A DNA stretch of 62,351 nt from Actinomycetes bacterium (GCA_021803215.1 JAJZLV010000047.1:300-62650), one strand, 5' to 3'; positions 18,156-27,090 are shown, numbered from the stretch's first letter. Made by a program: numbers and translations. Notes: generated by a model not told the origin, from the sequence alone.

Positions 18156-18907
18156 TGAGCGGACCAGACGATGCCGCCTGCAGCACCGAGCTGCGCGCTA
18201 AGTTCCAGGCCTTCGCCGGTGGCGACCGGGAGCTGCGCGACGAGCTCATCGAGGCCCACCTCTGGCTGGCCGACCGCTTGGCGCGCCACTTCTCGAACCG
18301 GGGAGAGCCGCTCGACGACCTCTACCAGGTGAGCTCGCTCGCCCTCATAAAGGCGGTCGACCGCTTCGACCCCGACCGAGGAGTCGAGTTCACGAGCTAC
18401 GCCACCACGACGATCATCGGGGAGCTGAAGCGCCACTTCCGGGATCGGGGCTGGTCCGTCAGGGCCCCCCGGCGGATCCAGGAGCTCTACCTCCACCTCG
18501 GTCAGGCCATTGGGGAGCTCTCCCAGAGCCTCGGCCGCTCCCCCACAATCCAAGAGCTCGCCCAGGTGACCTCGGCCTCCGAGGAAGACGTCCTCGAGGC
18601 GCTCGAAGCCGGCCAGGCCTATAGGGCCACCTCGCTCGACGCCCCGTCCGAGGACGACGACACCCTCGGCAGCCACCTCGGGGGGGAGGACAGCGAGTTC
18701 GCCAACTCCGAGAGACGCCTGCTGCTCGAGCCCTACCTGAGCCGCCTGCCGGAGAGGGAGCGCCTCATATTGAAGCTCCGCTTCGAAGAAGACCTCACCC
18801 AGTCCGAGATCGCCGAGCAACTCGGGATCTCCCAGATGCACGTCTCGCGGCTCCTCTCCAAGTGCCTCGCCCGTCTCCACGAGGCCTACCAGGGAGCCGA
18901 GACCTGA
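18155..18907 (+). CDS. sigF: Group-3 alternative sigma factor (SigB/SigF family)
   Basis: Region 2: DDLYQVSSLALIKAVDRFDPDRGVEFTSYATTTIIGELKRHFRD. Region 4: LTQSEIAEQLGISQMHVSRLL. Operon order is antagonist, anti-sigma, sigma. Confidence 0.88.
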   Translation: MSGPDDAACSTELRAKFQAFAGGDRELRDELIEAHLWLADRLARHFSNRGEPLDDLYQVSSLALIKAVDRFDPDRGVEFTSYATTTIIGELKRHFRDRGWSVRAPRRIQELYLHLGQAIGELSQSLGRSPTIQELAQVTSASEEDVLEALEAGQAYRATSLDAPSEDDDTLGSHLGGEDSEFANSERRLLLEPYLSRLPERERLILKLRFEEDLTQSEIAEQLGISQMHVSRLLSKCLARLHEAYQGAET

Positions 18908-18975
18908 GCTCTCTCGCCGCGATCTGCCTGGTGGGAGCGGTGGTGAAAGACGCCAGGAAATTCTCCGACAAATCC

Positions 18976-19000
18976 GTTTGCAGCTCTTTGGCCCGGGTAT
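18976..19000 (+). promoter_or_regulatory. SigB/SigF-type promoter (GTTT-N15-GGGTAT) downstream of sigF
   Basis: GTTT at 18976-18979, 15-nt spacer, GGGTAT at 18995-19000. It starts 69 nt after the sigF stop. Confidence 0.6.
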
Positions 19001-19006
19001 ATCGAA

Positions 19007-19241
19007 GAGCACAGCGCTACGGCGCTTTGACAACTGAGATCGAGTCGGTCGGGCCGCTGGAGACCAACCAGGGGTCGTATCGACTTAAGACGCGCAGGGC
19101 GGTGATCATGTTGCTCGTGTCGCCAAGCGACCCGAGACGCCAGCCCCCCAACTGACATGGGAGCTGCCCGCGCAGGCTGCTGAGCGAACCCCGCCCGCTC
19201 GCAGCAAATACAGGGCCCGCCAAGGCGGGCCCTGTTTTTTT
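19007..19241 (+). ncRNA. Candidate ~230-nt small RNA (or attenuating leader) bounded by the SigF-type promoter and an intrinsic terminator
   Basis: No credible ORF; the longest with ATG is 15 codons. Contains a C6 run (19144-19149), a 10-bp hairpin at 19176-19205 with C-rich loop AACCCCGCC, and then the terminator. Confidence 0.4.
19211..19241 (+). terminator. Rho-independent terminator
   Basis: cagggcccgcc-aa-ggcgggccctg gives a perfect GC-rich stem, followed by TTTTTTT (19235-19241). Confidence 0.85.
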
Positions 19242-19375
19242 CTCCCGCTCGATAACCGCGAGATCGCCGGGCGGGCCCGGTAGGTTGAGGGTCCAGCGCA
19301 GGCATGCAAGGCCCGCCCGGCGAGGCGCCAGGCGGCCCCGAACTCGACCACGGGCTTCAGGGGGGACTGACACAG

Positions 19376-21001
19376 ATGAGCGCAACCACCGGGCAGATGA
19401 CGAGCCGGCCCCGCCTCAGCCTCGCCACGCTCTCGCTCGTCCTCTTCCTCACCTTCTTGGACAACACGATCGTCAGCGTCACGCTCTCTGACATCCAAAG
19501 CGACCTGCACGTCGGCGTGACCGGTCTGCAGTGGGTGGTGAGCGCTTACGCTCTCGTCTTCGCGAGCCTCATGCTGGCGGCCGGCACGGTCTCCGACCTC
19601 GTCGGGCGAAAGAAGGTCATGCTGGCCGGTGTCGCCATCTTCTGCGTCGGCTCGGTCATCGGAGCCCTCGCCCCGAACGTCACCGTCCTGTGGGCCGCCC
19701 GCGGCATCATGGGGCTCGGCGCGGCGGCCTCGGAGCCCGGCACCCTCTCGATGATCCGGCACCTTTACACCGATCGCCGCGAGCGGGCTCGGGCGCTCGG
19801 AGTCTGGGCGGCCGTCTCCGGCCTCGCCTTGGCAGCCGGGCCCGTCATCGGTGGCGCCCTCATCGGAGTCTGGAGCTGGCGGGCCGTCTTCTGGTTCAAC
19901 CTCTTCTTCGGGCTGCTCGCCCTCATCGGTGGTGCCATCGTGCTGCCCGAGAACTCGGACCCCCAGGCCGGCCGGCGCTTCGACTTCGGCGGCTTCTTCC
20001 TCGGAGCCGCCGCCCTCGCCTCGACCACCTTCGCCATCATCGCCGGTGAGACCTCCGGCTATCGCACCTGGTGGGTGATCGCTCTCTTCATCATCGGCGG
20101 AGCCACCTTCTTGGCCTTCATCTTCTTCGAACAAAGAGCCGACAATCCGATCCTCGACGTCTCGTTCTTCCGCAAACCCGCCTTCTCCGGCGCCGTCTTC
20201 ACCGCCTTCGCCACCTACTTCGGCGTCTTCTCGATCTTTTTCTTCGTCTCTTTGTACCTCGAGGTGGTCGGCTCGGAGAGCGGCTACAAGGTGGCGCTCG
20301 ACTTCTTGCCGATGGCGGCGACGATGATCATCGGGAGCGCCTTCACCGGCCGTTGGGTGGCGGAGATGGGACCGCGCGTGCCGCTCGTCTTCGGCTGCGC
20401 CGCCGGGACGGCCGGCATCGCCCTCACGGCTGTCCTGCTCACGCCGACGAGCGGGGTCACCTCGATCGGCTGGCCGCTCGCCATCGCGGGCCTCGGCTTC
20501 GGCGTGGCCGTCGTCCCGATCACCTCGACGGCGCTGGCGGCCATCCCGGCCGAGCACTCGGGCATGGCGGCCTCGACAACCAACACGAGCCGAGAGCTCG
20601 GCGCCGTGGCGGGCGTCGCCATCCTGGGCTCGGTCGTGAACGCTCAGCTGACGGTCCAGCTGGCGGCCCGGCTCCAGCACCTCTGCCTCGTCGCGCAAAA
20701 GGGCCACTGCGTCCTTCCGGCAATCAGATTCAAGTCCCTCATCATCACCGCTGTGACGACCGGGACGATCACCGGCCAGGTGAAGCAGTACGAGAAGAAC
20801 AAGACCCTCGCCGTCGTCGTGGCGAAGGTGACCAGGGCTGCCTACGGAGCCTTCACGAGCGGCCTCCACCTCTCGCTCGGCATCGCCGGCGCCCTCATGT
20901 TCCTCTCGATGCTGATCTCCGGCCTCACGGTGCACGGCCGGCGCAGCCCGGCCACCGGACCTCTCGACGAGGAGGTCTCTCCGGTCGGGCTCACCAGCTG
21001 A
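19376..21001 (+). CDS. MFS transporter, DHA2 (EmrB/QacA, 14-TMS) family
   Basis: LSLVLFLTFLDNTIVSVTLSDIQSDL...WVVSAYALVFASLMLAAGTVSDLVGRKK motifs. Start moved to ATG 19376, preceded by AGGGGGGA. Confidence 0.88.
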   Translation: MSATTGQMTSRPRLSLATLSLVLFLTFLDNTIVSVTLSDIQSDLHVGVTGLQWVVSAYALVFASLMLAAGTVSDLVGRKKVMLAGVAIFCVGSVIGALAPNVTVLWAARGIMGLGAAASEPGTLSMIRHLYTDRRERARALGVWAAVSGLALAAGPVIGGALIGVWSWRAVFWFNLFFGLLALIGGAIVLPENSDPQAGRRFDFGGFFLGAAALASTTFAIIAGETSGYRTWWVIALFIIGGATFLAFIFFEQRADNPILDVSFFRKPAFSGAVFTAFATYFGVFSIFFFVSLYLEVVGSESGYKVALDFLPMAATMIIGSAFTGRWVAEMGPRVPLVFGCAAGTAGIALTAVLLTPTSGVTSIGWPLAIAGLGFGVAVVPITSTALAAIPAEHSGMAASTTNTSRELGAVAGVAILGSVVNAQLTVQLAARLQHLCLVAQKGHCVLPAIRFKSLIITAVTTGTITGQVKQYEKNKTLAVVVAKVTRAAYGAFTSGLHLSLGIAGALMFLSMLISGLTVHGRRSPATGPLDEEVSPVGLTS

Positions 21002-21869
21002 TGCGCTCGGGGTGGCAGTAGAAGGTCGCCCGCCCCTCCCGCACGAAACCAGCCAGGGTGAGGCCCCGCTCGTCGGCCAGCCGGGCTGCCAGGCTGCTGG
21101 CGGCGGAGACCCCGGCCACAACCGGGAGGCCGGCTGCGAGCGCCTTTTGCACTATCTCGAAGGAGGTCCGTCCGCTCACGACCAGGCCGAGCTCCGAGAG
21201 CGGAAAGCTCCCCCTCCGGCCGAGCGCCTCGAACATCGCCCAGCCGATGACCTTGTCGACGGCGTTGTGCCGGCCGATGTCCTCCCGGGCGACGAGCAGC
21301 TGCCCGTTCGAGTCGACGAGACCGGCGGCATGCAGCCCTCCGGTCGCCTCGAAGCCGGACTGCCCCTCACGCAGCAGCTCTGGCCAACTGACGACGTCCT
21401 CGAGGCGGAACCGGGTCGGAGATGAGATAGTGGCGACGCCACGCTCGTTCAAGAGCGCGATCGAAGCTGCTCCGCAGACGCCACATGAACTCGAGGCGAG
21501 GGTCAGCCGGCTGACCGGCGGGCGCAGGGGCAGGGCCGAAGCAGCCAGGTCAAGCGTGACGACGTTGTAACGCTGCTCGCTGTCGAGCGCCTCGTCTGTG
21601 CAGTAGCGAACGGCCCGCAGCTCGGCCGGCGCCGAGACGATCGCCTCTGAGAGGGCCCACCCGGCCGCCAGCTCGAAGTCGTGGCCTGGAGTGCGCATGG
21701 TGACGTTGAGGATCTCGCTACGGCCAGCTGGCCGGGAGAAGCGGATCTCGAGGGGTTCCTCTACAGCCAGCTCGTCCGGACGCCGCCTGAGCCCGTCATC
21801 GGTCGGCTCCCAGACAAGGCGCGACTCAGTCGGGATCCGCGCCTTGGTGGCAGGCCGCCGGCGCGTCAT
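20991..21869 (-). CDS. fdhD: Formate dehydrogenase accessory sulfurtransferase FdhD
   Basis: C-terminal 292 aa of track ORF 20991..22547: SSCGVCG active-site loop, EDIGRHNAVDKVIG motif. ATG 21869 overlaps the TetR stop. Confidence 0.88.
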   Translation of the reverse strand: MTRRRPATKARIPTESRLVWEPTDDGLRRRPDELAVEEPLEIRFSRPAGRSEILNVTMRTPGHDFELAAGWALSEAIVSAPAELRAVRYCTDEALDSEQRYNVVTLDLAASALPLRPPVSRLTLASSSCGVCGAASIALLNERGVATISSPTRFRLEDVVSWPELLREGQSGFEATGGLHAAGLVDSNGQLLVAREDIGRHNAVDKVIGWAMFEALGRRGSFPLSELGLVVSGRTSFEIVQKALAAGLPVVAGVSAASSLAARLADERGLTLAGFVREGRATFYCHPERISW

Positions 21870-22516
21870 CACTCCGGTTGTACCGGAAGCCCGCCGCTCG
21901 CTAGGCCGTAGGAGGCCAAGCCGGCAAGATAGGAGATGAACTCCTCCCGCGGGAGCTCGGGCTGCTTCGCCCAGCGGGCGCCGGCCATGTGGACCATGCC
22001 GACGATCCCGTGGGCGAAGGTTCTCGCCGGCCGCGGGTCGAGGCCCGCGTCGGCCAGCCGGGCGCCGATCAGGGTCGCCAGGTCGGTCGCCACCCGGTCC
22101 ACGACGGCCACGAGGGCGGCACTGTCCGGGGCGGCATGCTGGGAGAGAAAGCCGTAAAGGGCCGGGTCCTCCTCTATGAAAGAGATGTAAGCCTCGATGC
22201 CGGCACGGATGGCCTCGGCGGGTGCTTCCCAGACGAGGTTCGCCACCGCAGCCCCGAGCCGGGCGGCCAGGTCGTCGGCGAAGCGCTCGGCGACGGCTCC
22301 GATGAGACCGTCCCGGTCGCCGAAGTAGCGATAGAGCACCGGCTTGGTGATCCCCGCCTCGGCCGCCATCTGATCCATCGAGGCGTTGGCTCCCACCTGG
22401 CGGATGACCGCCAGCGCCGCCTGCAGGAGCTCCTCGCGCCGCCCGGCCGTCCGCCGGCTCTGGCGGGTCACAGCCGCAGCCGTCCCGTTGCTCGAGATCT
22501 CTTCGCCCACCCCCAC
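21869..22516 (-). CDS. TetR/AcrR-family transcriptional regulator
   Basis: HTH region: REELLQAALAVIRQVGANASMDQMAAEAGITKPVLYRYFGDRDGL. Confidence 0.9.
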   Translation of the reverse strand: MGVGEEISSNGTAAAVTRQSRRTAGRREELLQAALAVIRQVGANASMDQMAAEAGITKPVLYRYFGDRDGLIGAVAERFADDLAARLGAAVANLVWEAPAEAIRAGIEAYISFIEEDPALYGFLSQHAAPDSAALVAVVDRVATDLATLIGARLADAGLDPRPARTFAHGIVGMVHMAGARWAKQPELPREEFISYLAGLASYGLASGGLPVQPE

Positions 22517-22559
22517 CAGTCTTGCCTACTCCGGCCCCCGAGAACATGGGTTGCCTTTT

Positions 22560-22593
22560 CTGTTACTGCGGGTAATACTACTGCTGGTAACAG
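22560..22593. promoter_or_regulatory. Candidate TetR operator in the divergent TetR / diiron-oxygenase gap
   Basis: CTGTTAC...GTAACAG outer inverted repeat encloses two tandem units, TTACTGCGGGTAA and CTACTGCTGGTAA. Confidence 0.5.
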
Positions 22594-22613
22594 TCGCCAG
22601 AGGAGGAAGCAGG

Positions 22614-23594
22614 ATGCCCCTCACCGTCACCGAGCGAGTCGGACGCCTGAGCGCCGCCGCCGCCCGCCGGGTCATCGAGCCCGACGAGGAGGTTCCTGGC
22701 GCCGTAGGCGAAGGACAGCTGCTGCCAGACGAGCTTCTCTCTGTGGCCGGCCTCCGGCTCGAGCTCAGCGCCGAGCAGAAAGCCCGCCTCTCGAGAGAAG
22801 AGGTCGCCTCCATCACGGCTGCGGGCATCCGCTTCGAGGCGGTCCTCGAGGCCGGCTTCGGGACGCGCCTGGCGACGGCGGATGACCTCACCGACCCCCG
22901 CCTCACCTTCGTCCTCCACGAGCTCGGAGAGGAGACGAGGCACCAGCGGCTCTTCCAGCGGCTCTTGAGCCAGCTCTCCCCGACGGCCCGCTCCCCGCTC
23001 CCAGACCGGCTCTTACGAGCCGGATACCGGTTTGTGATCGAGGCGACGGCCGGCAACCCCGCCCTGTTCCTCGTACTCGTGCTCGCCGGTGAGGAGATTC
23101 CCGACAGGTTCCAAAAGCTCGCTTCCGAGCATCCCGACACCGACGAGTTCATACGGGCGGTCAACCGGTACCACCGCTTGGAGGAGGCCCGCCATCTCAG
23201 CTTCGCCAGGGCGGTCTTGCCCGAGGTCTTCGCCAAGAGCTCGAGAAGAGACAGGTTCCTCGACCGCCAGCTCGCCCCGAGACTCATCTCGGTCATGTTC
23301 GCCCACCTCGTCCACCCGGGCGTCTACTCGGCGGTCGGGCTCCCGGCCTTCGAGACTTGGCGGAGAGCCAATGCGACCCCGGAGCGGCGCCAGCTCCGCT
23401 ACGAATCGACCCGGCCGGTCCTGGAGGTCCTCTTGGAGACCGGCGCTCTCCGGCGGGGAGCCATACCACCAGCCTGGCGGCGCCTCTGCGGCGTCGGAGC
23501 GGACGGGAGCCCACGAAAGGCTCCGGCGGCCCCCGGCAAGGCCCGTTCAGTCGTCGGCGGCCAGCTCCAGGGGGGTGAGCGGGGCTTCGGCTGA
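22614..23594 (+). CDS. AurF-like (p-aminobenzoate N-oxygenase family) diiron oxygenase
   Basis: Two E..RH iron ligand motifs (HELGEETRHQRLF, HRLEEARHLSF). Start at ATG 22614 after AGGAGGAAGCAGG. The low-complexity tail overlaps the convergent MFS gene. Confidence 0.65.
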   Translation: MPLTVTERVGRLSAAAARRVIEPDEEVPGAVGEGQLLPDELLSVAGLRLELSAEQKARLSREEVASITAAGIRFEAVLEAGFGTRLATADDLTDPRLTFVLHELGEETRHQRLFQRLLSQLSPTARSPLPDRLLRAGYRFVIEATAGNPALFLVLVLAGEEIPDRFQKLASEHPDTDEFIRAVNRYHRLEEARHLSFARAVLPEVFAKSSRRDRFLDRQLAPRLISVMFAHLVHPGVYSAVGLPAFETWRRANATPERRQLRYESTRPVLEVLLETGALRRGAIPPAWRRLCGVGADGSPRKAPAAPGKARSVVGGQLQGGERGFG

Positions 23595-24833
23595 CCGGGG
23601 GCGCTTCGAGCGGCCGGAGAGGCCGAGCCGCTCGGCGGCTACGAAACCGATGGCGGCGGCCACGAGGGCCGCCAAGGCGCCTACCCCGAGGCCGACGCGG
23701 GCGTTGGAGACTGCGATCACCCAGCCGATGGCGGGCCCGCCGATCGGCGTCGAGCCCATGAAGGCCACCGACCACAGCGACATCACCCGGCCCCTCATCG
23801 AGGGGGTGGCCTCGAGCTGCAGAGTCGAGTTGCCGGTGGCGAGGAATGTGACGCTCGCCCACCCGACGGCCGCCAGGGCCACGAACTCGAGGCCGAGGAG
23901 AGGCGCCAGGGCCGCCCAGAGGACGACCAGGCCGAAGCTGGCGCCGGCGATCGTGAGCGGCCAGAGCCCTGTACGACCCCGGTTGGCGGTGACGAGACCC
24001 CCGAGGACGGCTCCGACACCCATGGCGGCAGTCAAGAAGCCATAGGTGGCCGCCCCGCCGTGGAAGGTCTCCGAGGCGACGACAGGAAGGCTCACCTGGA
24101 ACTCGTAGGTCAGCATGCCGACGATGGCGCACATGATGAGCGGTACGAGCAGGCGGGGCTCTTTCGCCACGTAGCGGAAGCCCTCTCTCATCTGGCCCTT
24201 GGCCCGCCCGGCCGGCTCGCTTCGCAGGAGGGTGGCCACCTCCATCGACCTGAGCGAGTAGACGACGGCGACAAAGCTGGCGGCGTTGAAGAGGAAGCAG
24301 ACCCCGACGCCGGCCACTGCGATGATGAGCCCGGCGATGGCGGGACCGATGGCCCGGGCTCCGTTCACCATGGTCGAATTGAGGCTGACGGCGTTTCGCA
24401 CCCTCTCGCCGCCCACCATCTCAAGCACGAAGGACTGGCGGGCCGGGTTCTCGAAGGTGTTGTTGAGGCCGAGGATCACCGCCAAGAGGCAGATCTGCCA
24501 GAACGAAACGAGGTGGGTGACGGTGAGGATCCCGAGTGCCAGAGCCTGCAGGCCCATGAGCGACTGCAGGATCACCATCAGCTTGCGCTTGTCGACCCGG
24601 TCGGCGATGACGCCCCCGTAGGCGCCGAGCAGGAGGACCGGAAGGGTCTGGAGGGCGACGACGAACCCGAGGTCGGTAGCCGAGTGGGTAAGACGGAAGA
24701 CGAGCCACGACTGGGCGATCGACTGCATCCAGGTCCCGACGAGCGAGATCGACTGGCCTATGAAAAAGCGTCGGAAGTTCGGGATCGAAAGAGCCGAGAA
24801 GGTCTTGCGCGCCACTGCGAAGAGCCGGCTCAT
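23547..24833 (-). CDS. MFS transporter (MFS_3 / EntS-like)
   Basis: IPNFRRFFIGQSISLVGTWMQSIAQSWLV N-terminus, 12 predicted helices. ATGA overlap with the upstream MarR gene. Confidence 0.88.
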   Translation of the reverse strand: MSRLFAVARKTFSALSIPNFRRFFIGQSISLVGTWMQSIAQSWLVFRLTHSATDLGFVVALQTLPVLLLGAYGGVIADRVDKRKLMVILQSLMGLQALALGILTVTHLVSFWQICLLAVILGLNNTFENPARQSFVLEMVGGERVRNAVSLNSTMVNGARAIGPAIAGLIIAVAGVGVCFLFNAASFVAVVYSLRSMEVATLLRSEPAGRAKGQMREGFRYVAKEPRLLVPLIMCAIVGMLTYEFQVSLPVVASETFHGGAATYGFLTAAMGVGAVLGGLVTANRGRTGLWPLTIAGASFGLVVLWAALAPLLGLEFVALAAVGWASVTFLATGNSTLQLEATPSMRGRVMSLWSVAFMGSTPIGGPAIGWVIAVSNARVGLGVGALAALVAAAIGFVAAERLGLSGRSKRPRSAEAPLTPLELAADD

Positions 24834-25324
24834 GAGGGTCCCCCGGGCGGCTCGCCCGCCTCGGGCTCCTCGCCCGACAATCTCTCGACCAACTGCTCCA
24901 GGACCGGCAGGGCGCGTCCCAGCGCCTCCCGGTCGTCCCGTGCGAGCTCGGCGATCCGGCGCGACAGCAGGTCGTTTCGCTCCCGGCTGATGCGCTCCAA
25001 GAGGCGCTGGCCCTTGGTGGAGACCTCCAGCAGGCAGACTCGCTTGTCGCTCTTGTCGTCGAGGCGGCGCACCAGGCCGGCCATCTCGAGCTTCGGGATG
25101 AGACGCGAGAGCATCGTCGGGTTCACACCGACAAAGCTCGCCAGGTCAGAGAGCCTGGTCGGTCCCGCCCGGGCGGCCGCCCGCAGGACGTCGACCTCGC
25201 TCGGGGTGAACGATCCGGCGGCCTCGGTGGTACGAAGGCGACGAGAGAGCCGGGCGACGGCCAGGCGGAGCCGGCTGGCAGAGAACTCCTGCTCTTCGCT
25301 GGGTTTTGTCTCGGCCGACCCCAT
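24830..25324 (-). CDS. MarR-family transcriptional regulator
   Basis: PSEVDVLRAAARAGPTRLSDLASFVGVNPTMLSRLIPKLEMAGLVRRLDDKSDKR. ATG 25324 (after GGGAG) is preferred over the track ATG at 25357. Confidence 0.88.
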   Translation of the reverse strand: MGSAETKPSEEQEFSASRLRLAVARLSRRLRTTEAAGSFTPSEVDVLRAAARAGPTRLSDLASFVGVNPTMLSRLIPKLEMAGLVRRLDDKSDKRVCLLEVSTKGQRLLERISRERNDLLSRRIAELARDDREALGRALPVLEQLVERLSGEEPEAGEPPGGPS

Positions 25325-25335
25325 CTCGCTCCCAT

Positions 25336-25360
25336 ATACTTGCTTGCCAGCAAGCATTAT
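25336..25360. promoter_or_regulatory. Candidate MarR operator palindrome
   Basis: atacT-TGCTTGC-CA-GCAAGCA-Ttat. The core has perfect 7-bp arms (25341-25356). It sits between the MarR-MFS operon and the malic enzyme gene. Confidence 0.55.
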
Positions 25361-25400
25361 ATCGACCGGAGCAGCTCACGGTGCTCTTATCGTGTCGGTC

Positions 25401-27080
25401 GTGGAGACACAACGGCCTGCCATCGCGACGACCCTACGGGGCCGCCAGCTCCTGTCGGACTCCCGCATCAACCGGGGCGTCGCCTTCAGCCACGAGGAGA
25501 GGGCCGCCCTCGGGCTCACGGGCCTCCTCCCCCCGGCCGTGCTGGACCTCGAGGCTCAGGTGTCGCGGGCCTACCACCAGTTCCAGAGCCAGGCAAGCGA
25601 CCTCGGCAAGAACGTCTTCCTCTCCCTCCTGCACGACCGCAACGAGGTGCTCTTCTACCGACTCCTGCAAGAGCACCTGGCCGAGATGCTCCCGATCGTC
25701 TACACCCCGACCGTCGGAGAGGCCATCGAGAACTTCTCGGGCGAGTTCCGCGGCTGGCGGGGCGTCTATCTCTCGATCGACCGGCCCTTTGAGATCGAGG
25801 CCTCTCTCCGGGCGACCGGCCTCGGGCCCGACGACGTCGACCTCATCGTCGCCACCGACGGCGAGGCAATCCTCGGCATCGGCGACTGGGGGGTCGGAGG
25901 GATCGGGATCTCGATCGGAAAGCTCGCCGTCTACACGGCGGCGGCTGGCATCGACCCGACCCGGGCCATTCCGCTCGTGCTGGACGTCGGCACCAACCGC
26001 AAGAGCCTGCTCGAGGACCCGCTCTATCTCGGCAACCGCCACGAGCGGGTCGACCAGGACCGCTACGACGCCTTCGTCGGGGCCTACGTCGAGGCTGCCA
26101 GCAGGCTCTTCCCTCACGCCCTCTTGCACTGGGAGGACATCGGCGGCTCCAACGCCACCCGCATCCTCGAGCGCTATCGGGACACGCACTTCACCTTCAA
26201 CGACGACATCCAGGGCACCGGGGCGGTCGCCCTCGCCGCCCTCCTCTCGGCTCTCCAACAGGCCGGGGGGCGCATCTGTGAGCAGCGGGTGGTCATCCAC
26301 GGCGCCGGCACGGCCGGAATTGGGATAGCCGAGCAGCTCTGCGCAGCGATGGAAGAGGAGGGGCTCGCCAGCCCACAGGAGTCGTTCTGGGCTCTCTCGA
26401 GCCGGGGGCTCATCACCGAGACCTCCGGCTCGATGCGAGGGTTCCAGCGGCCCTTCGCCAGGCGAGAGGAGGAGGTGGCCGGTTTCGCCCGCGACGACGA
26501 GGGTCGCATCGGCCTCCTCGAGGTTGTCCGCCAGGTCCACCCGACGGTCCTCATCGGCACCTCCGGTCAGCCAGGCAGCTTCGGTCGAGAGGTGATCGAA
26601 GAGATGGCGGCCCACTGCGAGCGCCCGATCGTGATGCCCATGTCGAACCCGACCTCGCTCTCGGAGGCCGTGCCGGCCGACCTGCTCGAGTGGACCGAGG
26701 GTCGAGCGCTCGTCGCGACCGGGAGCCCCTTCCCGCCTGTGACGGTCGGCCGGCAGAGCTTCGTCGTGGCTCAGGCCAACAACGCCCTCGTCTTTCCCGG
26801 CCTCGGCCTCGGAGGCATCATCGCCGGAGCCAGCCGAGTTACGCCGAAGATGCTGCGGGCGGCCGCCCAGGCCGTCGCCGAGCAGATCGACTCCAGGCAG
26901 CTCGGCTCGCCCCTGCTTCCCCAGGTCGAGGCGCTGCGGGAGACATCGGCGGCCGTGGCGGCCGCCGTCGCCCGGACTGCACTCGCCGAGGGCGTCGCCA
27001 GCCGAGAGGTGGGCGATTTCGAGGAGACGATCCGACAGGCGATGTGGGAGCCGATCTACCGGCCGATAGAGGGAGTCTGA
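25401..27080 (+). CDS. NAD(P)-dependent malic enzyme
   Basis: Tail of track ORF 24060..27080: NRGVAFSHEERAALGLTGLLP, IVYTPTVGEA, FNDDIQGTGAV, GAGTAGIGIA. Start is GTG 25401 or GTG 25392. Confidence 0.9.
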   Translation: METQRPAIATTLRGRQLLSDSRINRGVAFSHEERAALGLTGLLPPAVLDLEAQVSRAYHQFQSQASDLGKNVFLSLLHDRNEVLFYRLLQEHLAEMLPIVYTPTVGEAIENFSGEFRGWRGVYLSIDRPFEIEASLRATGLGPDDVDLIVATDGEAILGIGDWGVGGIGISIGKLAVYTAAAGIDPTRAIPLVLDVGTNRKSLLEDPLYLGNRHERVDQDRYDAFVGAYVEAASRLFPHALLHWEDIGGSNATRILERYRDTHFTFNDDIQGTGAVALAALLSALQQAGGRICEQRVVIHGAGTAGIGIAEQLCAAMEEEGLASPQESFWALSSRGLITETSGSMRGFQRPFARREEEVAGFARDDEGRIGLLEVVRQVHPTVLIGTSGQPGSFGREVIEEMAAHCERPIVMPMSNPTSLSEAVPADLLEWTEGRALVATGSPFPPVTVGRQSFVVAQANNALVFPGLGLGGIIAGASRVTPKMLRAAAQAVAEQIDSRQLGSPLLPQVEALRETSAAVAAAVARTALAEGVASREVGDFEETIRQAMWEPIYRPIEGV

Positions 27081-27090
27081 GGACCTCTCG

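Noticed and set aside
18862-19155. 97-aa plus-strand ORF across the sigF-MFS spacer
   Set aside because: It overlaps the sigF 3' end, has low coding quality and lacks an SD. The interval is better explained by the promoter-to-terminator RNA unit.
19106-21121. 671-aa minus-strand ORF
   Set aside because: It is antisense to the DHA2 MFS transporter. Its composition (Gly/Asp/Glu/Arg runs) shows no domain signatures.
21870-22547. Upstream 226 codons of the 518-aa ORF containing FdhD
   Set aside because: The sequence is Arg/Gly/Pro-rich and off-frame over the TetR gene. FdhD homology starts at ATG 21869.
24060-25391. First 444 codons of the 1006-aa ORF ending in malic enzyme
   Set aside because: It is antisense to the MFS and MarR genes. 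Malic enzyme homology begins only near 25392-25401.
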